Assembly: GCA_944363575.1 (NCBI GenBank)
Contig: CALVUJ010000022.1
Location: 1,518 to 65,517 of the forward strand
Length of the DNA: 64,000 nt
Origin: an uncultured Bacilli bacterium
GTDB lineage: Bacteria; Bacillota_I; Bacilli_A; RFN20; DUOF01
Direction: 5' to 3'
Under the pieces are notes generated by a model. It did not search any database. It saw only the letters and a list, made by a program, of their open reading frames with translations, and was not told the DNA's origin. How positions within the stretch are numbered: the first letter of the stretch is position 1; every line of letters starts with the position of its first letter. The position numbers and the translations under genes were made by a program. Shown piece by piece: positions 10,189-19,021 of this stretch.

Positions 10189-11694
10189 TAAAGTTCCAAA
10201 GCTATAAGTGCTTATTTCATATGTTTGAGTACTAGATAAGTCTTCTTGTAAGTAATCATACATTTTAGCATAACCGCTAGATATCTCTTCAATAGCTATA
10301 ATATAAGCAAAGTCATAAAAAGGCAAGACATATAGTTTGTTAGTTTCACTATTTTTAATTGGTAAAATACTGGTACTTTCTAGTTGTTCTGAGCCACTTC
10401 TATTTAGGGAGTATAATTTCATAGTTGTATTTATAGTGTAATCACTAGCTTTCACATAACCCATTTTTTTACCGACATCTTTTTGATTATAACTACCATC
10501 TACTTTAAAAGTGTTAGATAAGATTACACGATAATATTTAGTGTCTAGGTATGTTATTTCTCCTACAGCGATAAGATTTACATCTATTTTAGAAGTAATT
10601 GTTTTTACATTAGTAGAATCATTTATTTTAGAATAGGATTCATAATAGTTGATGATTCTATCTGTTTTAGAGATAACTTTAGGTTTGTTATAATTAGTAA
10701 TATTGTTATCAAGAAAATTAGTTTCATAGTATTTCTTTACTTGATTGTATAAAGTTTCATTTTCTTTTAAATTTTGAATACTATCATAACCATCTAGGGA
10801 ATTTCTTAAGTCATCGTAATTTAATTCATATTCGTAATTATCAGAGGCATCTTTGGTTGTAGTGTTATAAAATAATTCAACAAAATCATCAGCAAGTATT
10901 TCTTCTGGTTGGATACTGTAGTTAAAATCGCTACTATACGAATCTGGTAGCCCATTTGGATATATAGTATTATAAAAAGTACCTAGTCTTAGTTTTAAGT
11001 AATCTTCATAGTTTTCGTCACTTTTATAAGCCATATGATAAAAAGTTGAGACATGTCCGTATTCATGAGCAAAAGTATCTCTCATTGGTTCATATTCTAT
11101 ATATTCAAAAGGATTAAGATACTCTTTTTTAGGATTGTAAAAATCATTTAAACTAGTGGTAGCATTTAAATCAATGATGGCTTCTTTACCACCATAATCA
11201 GCACAACCATTTATTTGATTAGCAACATCATCAGTAGTTCCTTTTCTACATGCCGAAGCTAGCCTATCAGGATAGATGCGAACAGCTTTTATATATTTTT
11301 TATATTCACTTTTAGTAGAGTCACTAGTAAAATAAGTCAAAGCATGTTTTTCAATTTCGTATAAATCTTTAGCTTTTAAACTTTGTCTTGTTTTATTGGT
11401 ACTAGCGGTATCTGTGTAGTCATAAGCAATATATATAGTATCGTATTTTTCAGAATAATATGCCGAGTATATTTCATAATTATCAGCATAATATCTATAG
11501 TCATATTGCGTAATTTTAGTATCAGTTAAAGTAAGGGAAGAAGGATAAAAAAGAGCATCTTCTTCAATTACTGGATCAGGTATTTCTTCAGGTGTAGTAG
11601 ATTCTTCATGGGAGTCGTTAAAGTTATCATAGTTGATAGTGCAACTGCTTATTAGTAATGATAATCCTAGCAGCCATATTAATTTCTTTGTCAT
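10180..11694 (-). CDS. Putative secreted zinc metallopeptidase lipoprotein (HExxH)
   Basis: Signal peptide with lipobox LISSC and an AHEYGH zinc-binding motif. Composition is rich in Tyr, Asp and Asn. Confidence 0.6.
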   Translation of the reverse strand: MTKKLIWLLGLSLLISSCTINYDNFNDSHEESTTPEEIPDPVIEEDALFYPSSLTLTDTKITQYDYRYYADNYEIYSAYYSEKYDTIYIAYDYTDTASTNKTRQSLKAKDLYEIEKHALTYFTSDSTKSEYKKYIKAVRIYPDRLASACRKGTTDDVANQINGCADYGGKEAIIDLNATTSLNDFYNPKKEYLNPFEYIEYEPMRDTFAHEYGHVSTFYHMAYKSDENYEDYLKLRLGTFYNTIYPNGLPDSYSSDFNYSIQPEEILADDFVELFYNTTTKDASDNYEYELNYDDLRNSLDGYDSIQNLKENETLYNQVKKYYETNFLDNNITNYNKPKVISKTDRIINYYESYSKINDSTNVKTITSKIDVNLIAVGEITYLDTKYYRVILSNTFKVDGSYNQKDVGKKMGYVKASDYTINTTMKLYSLNRSGSEQLESTSILPIKNSETNKLYVLPFYDFAYIIAIEEISSGYAKMYDYLQEDLSSTQTYEISTYSFGTLLN

Positions 11695-11784
11695 TATATC
11701 ACCATTTTTATTATAGCATATGTTTAGTTTGAAGAAGAATTGGATTGTATGGAAATGTTAAATAAAAAAAGTACCTTTCGGTAC

Positions 11785-12057
11785 TTAATCTATATATTTC
11801 TTTTTAAAATCTTTAAATGATAAAATTAGCATTAAAAGTAATGAAGAAATAATTAACATGACAATAGATGTTTTTAATAAAGATCTTTCTTTATCAAAAG
11901 TAGACGCTAACCATACTTCAATTTCTTCACGAGCAGTAGTTGTAAAAGCAGCAATTGTTCCAAAAACAATAGATGCCACAAAAACAAGTGATAAAACGAC
12001 TAATAATACTATATATAATACTTTTTTTACTTTAACAGATTTCTTTTCCATTTTCAT
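11785..12057 (-). CDS. Small two-TM membrane protein
   Basis: 90 aa with two hydrophobic helices. Terminator-like sequence lies downstream. Confidence 0.45.
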   Translation of the reverse strand: MKMEKKSVKVKKVLYIVLLVVLSLVFVASIVFGTIAAFTTTAREEIEVWLASTFDKERSLLKTSIVMLIISSLLLMLILSFKDFKKKYID

Positions 12058-12108
12058 CTTCTCCTTAAAAGCAATATCATAATAACAAAATTATACTATA
12101 ATTACAAA

Positions 12109-12828
12109 TTATTTTATACCTTTTTTAAGTTCAATATCTATTATATTATTTACTTCTTTTAAAAGCTCATTTTGTTTCTTTTCGGTTTGTAAGCAAAGGT
12201 TTGAAACACTTTTTAATTCTTCATAAACTTTTTCTTTATCATCTTGATATAAAATGTCTATTGATTTAGTAAAATCTTTTTTTGTTTGGCAGTATTTTAT
12301 AAGAGCAGAAAGTCTTTTGCTACTTTTTGAGGTGCTAATAAGTGAGTTTTCTTCATTATAAAAGCAATTTAGGCATAGATTATAGCAATTAAAAAATAAA
12401 AAGTTATAGAAATGATTATTTGTAATATCGATTAATTGTATTATTTTAGCATTTAATTTATTATATATTTCTTTTTCGCTTGTAAAAGAATTAATTAATT
12501 CGTTAATGTAAGTAATGGCATCAATTAGATGCTCGTTGTATTTTATGTATATAGATAATTTTTTTTGCTTTGTTAAATTAGCTATTTTATTAAAAGAATA
12601 TTTTTTTAAAAAAGTGTTAATGGGTTTGCTTAAAATTTTAGAGTTTTCAAAAAGTGATGAAATAATTTTTTGATATCTTCCTTCATAAAATTCATTACTT
12701 AGAAAGTCTAATCTTTTTTTTAAATCATCTTTATTATATTCATAAGATGTTATAGAGTATTCTAAGCATTCACATAATTCTATTTTATAATTTAAAAGAA
12801 ATAAAAGGACATAGTTAACGTAATTCAT
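12109..12828 (-). CDS. Hypothetical cytoplasmic protein with Cys clusters (CECLEY, CYNLCLNC)
   Basis: 239-aa ORF with no recognisable family. Confidence 0.45.
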   Translation of the reverse strand: MNYVNYVLLFLLNYKIELCECLEYSITSYEYNKDDLKKRLDFLSNEFYEGRYQKIISSLFENSKILSKPINTFLKKYSFNKIANLTKQKKLSIYIKYNEHLIDAITYINELINSFTSEKEIYNKLNAKIIQLIDITNNHFYNFLFFNCYNLCLNCFYNEENSLISTSKSSKRLSALIKYCQTKKDFTKSIDILYQDDKEKVYEELKSVSNLCLQTEKKQNELLKEVNNIIDIELKKGIK

Positions 12829-12835
12829 GCTAGCC

Positions 12836-13660
12836 TCAATGAAAATTCTTATTTAGTCTAGTGTACTTATCTAAATCAGTAAATTTTTCAATATTATATT
12901 TAACTCTTGTTTGAACACTAGCATCATTACTATCAACAGCAAAAGAGTTAGGAAATAAATCGAACATAGGTATATCATTAGCACTATCACCTACTACAAT
13001 TACTTCATCTTCTTTAATATTGGCAGTATCTATTAAGTACTTTAATCCTGCACCTTTATTTACTCCCTTTGGGGTTATTTCTACTGATTTATTACTTATA
13101 AAAAATTCAAAATGTTCATTAAACTTTTCTTTTAATAAATTTCCCATACCAATTGTATCCTCTTTAGCATATATAACTACTTTATGAATATCTGTTTGAT
13201 CATTTAAGATTTTTAAAGCTTTTTTATTACTTATAATTGTTTTTTGAAATAATTTTCCAACTTTAAGGTGCCTTTTAAATTGAAATGCTTTTAATTTATG
13301 TTTAGGTATAGGAGAAAAGCAAATTATTTTATCGTATTTGTCAAATAAGACTAGTTGATAATTAGAGAAGTTTTCTACCAAAAAATCTTTTAAATTATTA
13401 AGAATTGTTTTTTTCATTGATTGACGGTAAATTACGTTTCCGTTTTTAACAATGACTGCGCCATTATGGGCTACAAAGTGATGTTCTATTTTTAACTTGT
13501 TACATACCTTTGCACAAAATTTAGGTCCTCTACCAGAAACAATAACAATATCACCATAAAAACTTTCAAGATATTTTATGTTTTCTTTAGCAATTAAATT
13601 ATGCTTATCTATCGGTTTTAATAATGTTCCATCCAAATCTGTTGCTAATACTTTAATCAT
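12836..13660 (-). CDS. Cof-type HAD-IIB phosphatase
   Basis: N-terminal DLDGTL motif and C-terminal GDSANDIPM motif. Confidence 0.85.
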   Translation of the reverse strand: MIKVLATDLDGTLLKPIDKHNLIAKENIKYLESFYGDIVIVSGRGPKFCAKVCNKLKIEHHFVAHNGAVIVKNGNVIYRQSMKKTILNNLKDFLVENFSNYQLVLFDKYDKIICFSPIPKHKLKAFQFKRHLKVGKLFQKTIISNKKALKILNDQTDIHKVVIYAKEDTIGMGNLLKEKFNEHFEFFISNKSVEITPKGVNKGAGLKYLIDTANIKEDEVIVVGDSANDIPMFDLFPNSFAVDSNDASVQTRVKYNIEKFTDLDKYTRLNKNFH

Positions 13661-13776
13661 GTTTGCACTTCCTTCTTGATTATTATAGCGATTTTTAAAT
13701 TAAGAAGTAACCTTTTGAGGTAATAAATATGTAAATTTATAAAAAGATGTTATAATAAGCGAAAGGAGTAGATGCT

Positions 13777-14205
13777 GTGGGTAGGATATTAGGGTTAGAT
13801 TTAGGCACAAGGACAATTGGAATAGCGATTTCAGATAATTTAGAAATGATTGCTAGTGCCGTGGAAACTTATCGTTTTAATGAAAATGATTTTGAAAGTG
13901 CTTTAAAAAGAGTAGAAGACATTGCAAGAGAGAAAAAAGTTTATAAAATTGTTTTAGGGTATCCTAAACATATGAATGGTGATGTTGGTGAAAAGGCTCT
14001 GTTAGCAGAATCATTTAAGGATAAACTTATAGAATTATTAAATATAGAAGTAGTGTTAGAAGATGAAAGATGGACTACGAAACTAGCTCAAAATCGTTTG
14101 TTAGAGTTTGATTTATCTAGAAGTAAAAGGAAAAAGATTATTGATAAAATGGCAGCGGTAGTCATCTTGCAAAATTATTTAGATAGTAATAAGGGAGGAA
14201 AATAA
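13777..14205 (+). CDS. ruvX: Holliday-junction resolvase-like RNase YqgF/RuvX
   Basis: GLDLGTRTIGIA motif, 142 aa. GTG start with RBS aaaggag. Confidence 0.85.
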   Translation: MGRILGLDLGTRTIGIAISDNLEMIASAVETYRFNENDFESALKRVEDIAREKKVYKIVLGYPKHMNGDVGEKALLAESFKDKLIELLNIEVVLEDERWTTKLAQNRLLEFDLSRSKRKKIIDKMAAVVILQNYLDSNKGGK

Positions 14206-14206
14206 A

Positions 14207-14455
14207 GTGTTGGACAATAAGATTTTAATTACTAAAGAAGATGGTAGTGAAGTAGAATTGACTATTTTATTAACATATGATAGTGAAGAGTTAGGGTATA
14301 GTTATGTGCTATATTATGATGAAAATGATGAAAATGGGGAAGTGTTACCATTTAGATATGATGAAAAAACGCATTCTTTATCTGAGTTAGAAACGGAAGA
14401 AGAATGGGATTTAGCTAATGAAGTTTTAGAGTCTTTTTTACAGGAAGAAAATTAA
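14207..14455 (+). CDS. DUF1292 (YrzB-like) protein
   Basis: 82 aa, acidic, immediately downstream of ruvX as in B. subtilis. Confidence 0.65.
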   Translation: MLDNKILITKEDGSEVELTILLTYDSEELGYSYVLYYDENDENGEVLPFRYDEKTHSLSELETEEEWDLANEVLESFLQEEN

Positions 14456-14580
14456 TTTAGTAAATATTTGTTTGAAAGAGCATATTTTAGAAAAAACATT
14501 ACTTGTGTAAAGTACTTGTTTTTTATTTTACTTAGTGTTATAATTCGTGAGTATTTGAAAGATATAGGAGTGAATTAGTT

Positions 14581-15048
14581 ATGGAAAAGTTTCAATTGAC
14601 AAAAGAAGGAGTTAATAAATTAGAAGCTGAATATAGGCATTTATTAGATGTTGAAAGACCTGCGGTTACTAAAGAATTAGTGGAAGCTAGAGCATTAGGA
14701 GATTTATCAGAGAATGCTGATTATGATGCTGCTAGAGAGGCTCAAGCAAGAGTAGAGGCTAGAATTAAAGAGATAGAGGCTATTTTGAATAATTATGAAT
14801 TGATTAAAGAAAAAAGTAGTGGTAAGGTTGTTCAAGTTGGCGCTTGTGTTACTCTTAAATTAATGGATTTTGATGAGACTGATACTTATGAGATTGTGGG
14901 AGCTATTGAAGCGAATCCATTAGAAAATAAGATTTCTAATGAATCTCCATTAGCAAAAGCTGTTTTAGGGCATAAGATTGGTGAAGTAGTTGAAGTCGAT
15001 GTTGCTAAACCTTATAAAGTTGAAATTGTAGCAATTGAGAAAAAATAA
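14581..15048 (+). CDS. greA: Transcription elongation factor GreA
   Basis: 155 aa with an N-terminal coiled-coil and a C-terminal FKBP-like domain. Confidence 0.85.
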   Translation: MEKFQLTKEGVNKLEAEYRHLLDVERPAVTKELVEARALGDLSENADYDAAREAQARVEARIKEIEAILNNYELIKEKSSGKVVQVGACVTLKLMDFDETDTYEIVGAIEANPLENKISNESPLAKAVLGHKIGEVVEVDVAKPYKVEIVAIEKK

Positions 15049-15051
15049 AGG

Positions 15052-15081
15052 TAAAAGCAGATAAAATTCTGCTTTTTTTTA
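15052..15081 (+). terminator. Intrinsic terminator after greA
   Basis: Stem aagcaga/tctgctt followed by T9. Confidence 0.6.
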
Positions 15082-15112
15082 TTATAATGGAATAGAAGAA
15101 AGGAAGGTATTT

Positions 15113-15454
15113 ATGGAAAGATTATTCAGTAGTAGCCTTGGTATTGTTTTATTGATCATTTTTTTAGTAGCAGTTTTAGTTCTTTTAATTTGGCTTTTAT
15201 TTTGGAAAGATAAGGGTGTGGAAACTAAGAATGAAGAAGAGACTTTTAATGAAGTTTTAATAGAAAATGAAGATATTAAGAAAACGGATGAAAGAGTTAA
15301 TGAAAATGATGAGCAAAAGGGTTATGTGATAGAAAAAAGTGATGATGGGTTTTTTAGAGTTAAGAAAGTAGGTAGTGATAGGACATTAAGGAAGTTTTCT
15401 ACATTGAAGGAAGCAGAAAGTTTTGTTGAAATGAAGGAGTTAAAGCATGATTGA
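15113..15454 (+). CDS. Membrane-anchored DUF2188-like protein
   Basis: N-terminal TM helix. C-terminal GYVIEKSDDGFFRVKK...STLKEAESF pattern. Confidence 0.45.
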   Translation: MERLFSSSLGIVLLIIFLVAVLVLLIWLLFWKDKGVETKNEEETFNEVLIENEDIKKTDERVNENDEQKGYVIEKSDDGFFRVKKVGSDRTLRKFSTLKEAESFVEMKELKHD

Positions 15455-15644
15455 TCCTAAGTTGATTGAAAGAATTAATTATTTAGTTAATAAGAGTAAG
15501 CGTGAAGGATTAAGTGAAGAGGAAAAGAAGGAGCAAATAGAGCTTAGAAAAGAATATTTAAGGTTGTTTAAGGCAGGCTTTAAGCAACAATTAGATTCTA
15601 TTAAAATAGTAAAGGAGTATAAAGAAAATGAAGATGATAAATGA
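15447..15644 (+). CDS. DUF896/UPF0291 (YnzC-like) protein
   Basis: 65 aa immediately upstream of tkt, as ynzC is in B. subtilis. Confidence 0.65.
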   Translation: MIDPKLIERINYLVNKSKREGLSEEEKKEQIELRKEYLRLFKAGFKQQLDSIKIVKEYKENEDDK

Positions 15645-17565
15645 GTTAAAGAGTGTTACTATGGATACGATTTGTAATGCTAAAAGTGGGCATCCTGGCA
15701 TGGCTTTAAGTAGTGCTCCTATTATGTATACGCTTTACAATAAGATAATAAATGCTTATCCTAGAGATAGTAAATGGATTAATAGGGATCGTTTTGTGTT
15801 AGCAAGTGGGCATGCTTCTAGTCTTTTATATAATGTATTGCATTTATGTGGTTATAATATTGGAATAGATGATTTAAAAGAGTTTAGGAAATTAGGTTCT
15901 CTTACACCAGGTCATCCTGAAGTTAATGAAACTGATGGAATTGATGCAACTTCCGGTCCTTTAGGGCAAGGTGTTCCGATGGCAGTAGGGATGGCATTAG
16001 CGGAGAAAAAATTAGCAACTATGTTCAATAAAGAAGGCTATGAAATCATCGATCATTATACATATGTTTTATGTGGCGATGGGGATATGCAAGAGGGAGT
16101 TACCGGTGAAGCAGCATCATTAGCGGGTAATCTTAATTTGAATAAGTTAATAGTGTTATATGATGCAAATGATGTTACGTTAGATGGTCCTTTGAGTAAT
16201 TCGTTTAGCGAAGATGTAGCTAAGAGATTTGAAGCATATAAGTTTAATGTTGTTACTTTAGATAAGTGGGATATTGAGTTATTAGAAAAAACAATTGAAA
16301 AGGCTAAAAAGAGTGATAAACCTAGTTTAATTATTATTAAAACAATTATTGGAGAAGGTAGTAAGTATCAAGGAACTTGTAAGGTTCATGGTAGTCCTTT
16401 AGATGAAGAAGATTTAAAAGAGTTAAAGATTAAATTAGGAGTTAAAGACAGTTTTAATTATAGTGAAGATAGTTATAAAGATTTTTATGAGCATTTTTAT
16501 TTAAGAGGAAAAAGGAATTATAGTAAATGGAAGAAAAAAGTAAAAGAGTATAAAGAGAAATATCCTGGTGAATATGAATTTTTATGTAGGTGTTTAAATA
16601 ATGATATTGATTTTAGTAGTCTTGATAAGTGTGAGATTATATTAGATAAAGAAATATCTTCTAGAAATGCTTCTAAAATAATGCTTAATTTATTGTGTGA
16701 TTGTAATAGGAATATTGTTGGTGGAAGTGCGGATGTTGCTAAATCAGTTATGACTTCTTTAGATAATTCTAGTTTTATAACAAAAGATGATTTTAAAGGG
16801 CAAACGATTAACTATGGTATTAGAGAGTTTGCGATGGCTAGTATTAATAATGGTATTTTATTACACGGTGGGTTAAAAACTTTTGGTGGTTCTTTTTTAG
16901 TCTTTAGCGATTATTTGAAACCAGCTTTAAGAATGGGATCTTTAATGGGGTTGAATAACGTTTATTTATTTTCTCATGATTCAATAGCCGTAGGAGAAGA
17001 TGGGCCTACACATCAACCTGTTGAGCAACTTGCTATGCTTAGAAGTATTCCTAATTTTAATGTTATAAGGCCTAGTAATGAAGGGGAAGTAAAATTTGCA
17101 TATAAGCAAGCCTTTAGTAGTGATAATCCAGTAGCAATTATTCTTTCAAGACAAAATTTAAAAACAAAATATATAGTTAAAGAAGATGAATTTAAGAAAG
17201 GTGCTTATTTTGTTAAGTATGATAAAGATAGTAGATATAGTATTATAGCAAGTGGTAGTGAAGTTAATTTAGCGATAGATGTTTATGAGATGTTGTTGAA
17301 AGATAATATTAAGGTTAATGTTGTTTCGATGCCTTCTTGGTATATGTTTGAAAAGCAAAGTAAGAAATATAAAAAGAGTATTTTAGGTAATTATAATAAA
17401 ACTATTACTTTAGAGATGTTGTCTACTTTTGGGTGGAGTAAATATGGTAAGTATAATATAGGAGTGAATAGTTTTGGGGTTAGTGGAAAGGCTAGTGACG
17501 TTATTAAATATATGAAATTTGATATTAATAGTATTTACGATGAAATAAAGAAGATAATTAAGTAA
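15628..17565 (+). CDS. tkt: Transketolase
   Basis: TPP-binding GDGDMQEG motif and 645 aa. Confidence 0.9.
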   Translation: MKMINELKSVTMDTICNAKSGHPGMALSSAPIMYTLYNKIINAYPRDSKWINRDRFVLASGHASSLLYNVLHLCGYNIGIDDLKEFRKLGSLTPGHPEVNETDGIDATSGPLGQGVPMAVGMALAEKKLATMFNKEGYEIIDHYTYVLCGDGDMQEGVTGEAASLAGNLNLNKLIVLYDANDVTLDGPLSNSFSEDVAKRFEAYKFNVVTLDKWDIELLEKTIEKAKKSDKPSLIIIKTIIGEGSKYQGTCKVHGSPLDEEDLKELKIKLGVKDSFNYSEDSYKDFYEHFYLRGKRNYSKWKKKVKEYKEKYPGEYEFLCRCLNNDIDFSSLDKCEIILDKEISSRNASKIMLNLLCDCNRNIVGGSADVAKSVMTSLDNSSFITKDDFKGQTINYGIREFAMASINNGILLHGGLKTFGGSFLVFSDYLKPALRMGSLMGLNNVYLFSHDSIAVGEDGPTHQPVEQLAMLRSIPNFNVIRPSNEGEVKFAYKQAFSSDNPVAIILSRQNLKTKYIVKEDEFKKGAYFVKYDKDSRYSIIASGSEVNLAIDVYEMLLKDNIKVNVVSMPSWYMFEKQSKKYKKSILGNYNKTITLEMLSTFGWSKYGKYNIGVNSFGVSGKASDVIKYMKFDINSIYDEIKKIIK

Positions 17566-17616
17566 ATTTGCTAAATTTCGACATAGGTAATTGGTATGAT
17601 GCTTATGGTGATTTAA

Positions 17617-18036
17617 ATGAAGAGATATTGTTTTTATTTGATTGAAGATGATTTTTATGATTTATTTAAAGGGGATAACTTAAAAGCTTTTTTGGAACTT
17701 TTTTTTAGAAAGGAAGATTCTAGTTATTATGATAAGCAATTTAGTTTGTTTGTTAAGGAGTTAGATGTTAAAAAGATTGATAATATTTTAAAAGAAAAAT
17801 TTAAAGATCGTAAAGATTTTGTCGTAGAGAATAATAAGTATTTATTAGATAATTTTTTAACTTCTAATCAAGAAATATTAACTTTATTTCATAATGAAAT
17901 AGTAATAACTAGTGATTATGAAGTTAGTCCGTTTATTAATACATTAGCGGATAATTTTCCTGATTTGGTAGGAATTGATGTAAATAATTATAAAATTGAT
18001 AGAGTGGGACTTGTAAGTTCAGTTAAGATTAGTTAA
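17617..18036 (+). CDS. YneE/SirA-like protein (possible sporulation inhibitor of replication)
   Basis: Sits between tkt and yneF, as in B. subtilis. The N-terminal YCFYLIEDDFYDLF resembles the SirA N-terminus. Confidence 0.4.
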   Translation: MKRYCFYLIEDDFYDLFKGDNLKAFLELFFRKEDSSYYDKQFSLFVKELDVKKIDNILKEKFKDRKDFVVENNKYLLDNFLTSNQEILTLFHNEIVITSDYEVSPFINTLADNFPDLVGIDVNNYKIDRVGLVSSVKIS

Positions 18037-18062
18037 AATAGAAAAGGAAATGAGGTTGAGAT

Positions 18063-18272
18063 ATGTTAGCTAATATATTGTATTTAATTGGTGGCTTGGT
18101 AGTTGGTGCGATTGTAGGGTTTTTGGTTTCAAGAAAGATTTTTACTAATCAATTAAAAAAGAATCCTCCAATCAATGAAAAAATGATTAGGGCAATGTTC
18201 TTACAAATGGGTAGGAAGCCTTCTGAAACACAGATTAGGCAAGTCATGAATTCTATGAATAAGTATAGATAA
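18063..18272 (+). CDS. UPF0154 (YneF-like) small membrane protein
   Basis: 69 aa with an N-terminal TM helix, conserved downstream of the sirA-like gene. Confidence 0.7.
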   Translation: MLANILYLIGGLVVGAIVGFLVSRKIFTNQLKKNPPINEKMIRAMFLQMGRKPSETQIRQVMNSMNKYR

Positions 18273-18310
18273 AAATAACTTGGATTTACTTCATCCAAGT
18301 TATTTTATTT
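18270..18310. terminator. Bidirectional terminator (aataacttggat/atccaagttatt)
   Basis: 12-bp inverted repeat flanked by A- and T-runs between convergent yneF and plsY. Confidence 0.6.
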
Positions 18311-18924
18311 TCCGTACCTTCTTTTAATCTTTTAATGTTACTGCGATGGCGATAAACAACGAAGCAAGCACAGAAGAAAAGAAATAAAGGATAATAATAA
18401 TCAAGTTTGATATTTAGTAAAGGTGATTCCTGGAAAAAAGGAATTAGTGCTAGTAAGGTAGCAATGAAGAAAATAACAACAGAACCAAGTGATACAAGTT
18501 TGAATAATTTTAATAGTATAACGTAAAGTAATATACATATTAAGAAAATATAAATGTTAGTAATAAGGAGAATTCCAAAAGTAGAGGCGACTGCTTTACC
18601 TCCTTTAAATTTAGCGAAACAAGTGTAACAGTGACCTATTAAAACAAAGGCTCCTGATAAATAAATGCTTAAATTTAAAAGATCTGGATTAGTGTTAGAG
18701 ATAATTAGTTTAGTAAATAAGATGGCTAAGACAGCTTTTATTAAATCTAAAATCATTACTAATAAACCAACTTTTTTTCCAAGTACTCTTCCGGTATTGC
18801 TTCCTCCTAGATTACCACTTCCATATTGCCTTATATCTTTTTTAAAAAAAACTTTACCGATGATAAGGGCATTAGGAATAGAACCTAAAAGATAACTCAT
18901 TATTACTGTTAAAAGGATATACAT
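18286..18924 (-). CDS. plsY: Glycerol-3-phosphate acyltransferase PlsY
   Basis: YLLGSIP motif. Start placed at ATG 18924 after RBS gaggtga. Confidence 0.85.
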   Translation of the reverse strand: MYILLTVIMSYLLGSIPNALIIGKVFFKKDIRQYGSGNLGGSNTGRVLGKKVGLLVMILDLIKAVLAILFTKLIISNTNPDLLNLSIYLSGAFVLIGHCYTCFAKFKGGKAVASTFGILLITNIYIFLICILLYVILLKLFKLVSLGSVVIFFIATLLALIPFFQESPLLNIKLDYYYPLFLFFCACFVVYRHRSNIKRLKEGTENKITWMK

Positions 18925-19021
18925 AATTTCACCTCGTATATTCAAATTATATCGTAATCTAGTGCATTTTAAAAGAATTTCTAGTATAATAAATTTTGAG
19001 TTGATGAAGGGAGTTTTTTTT

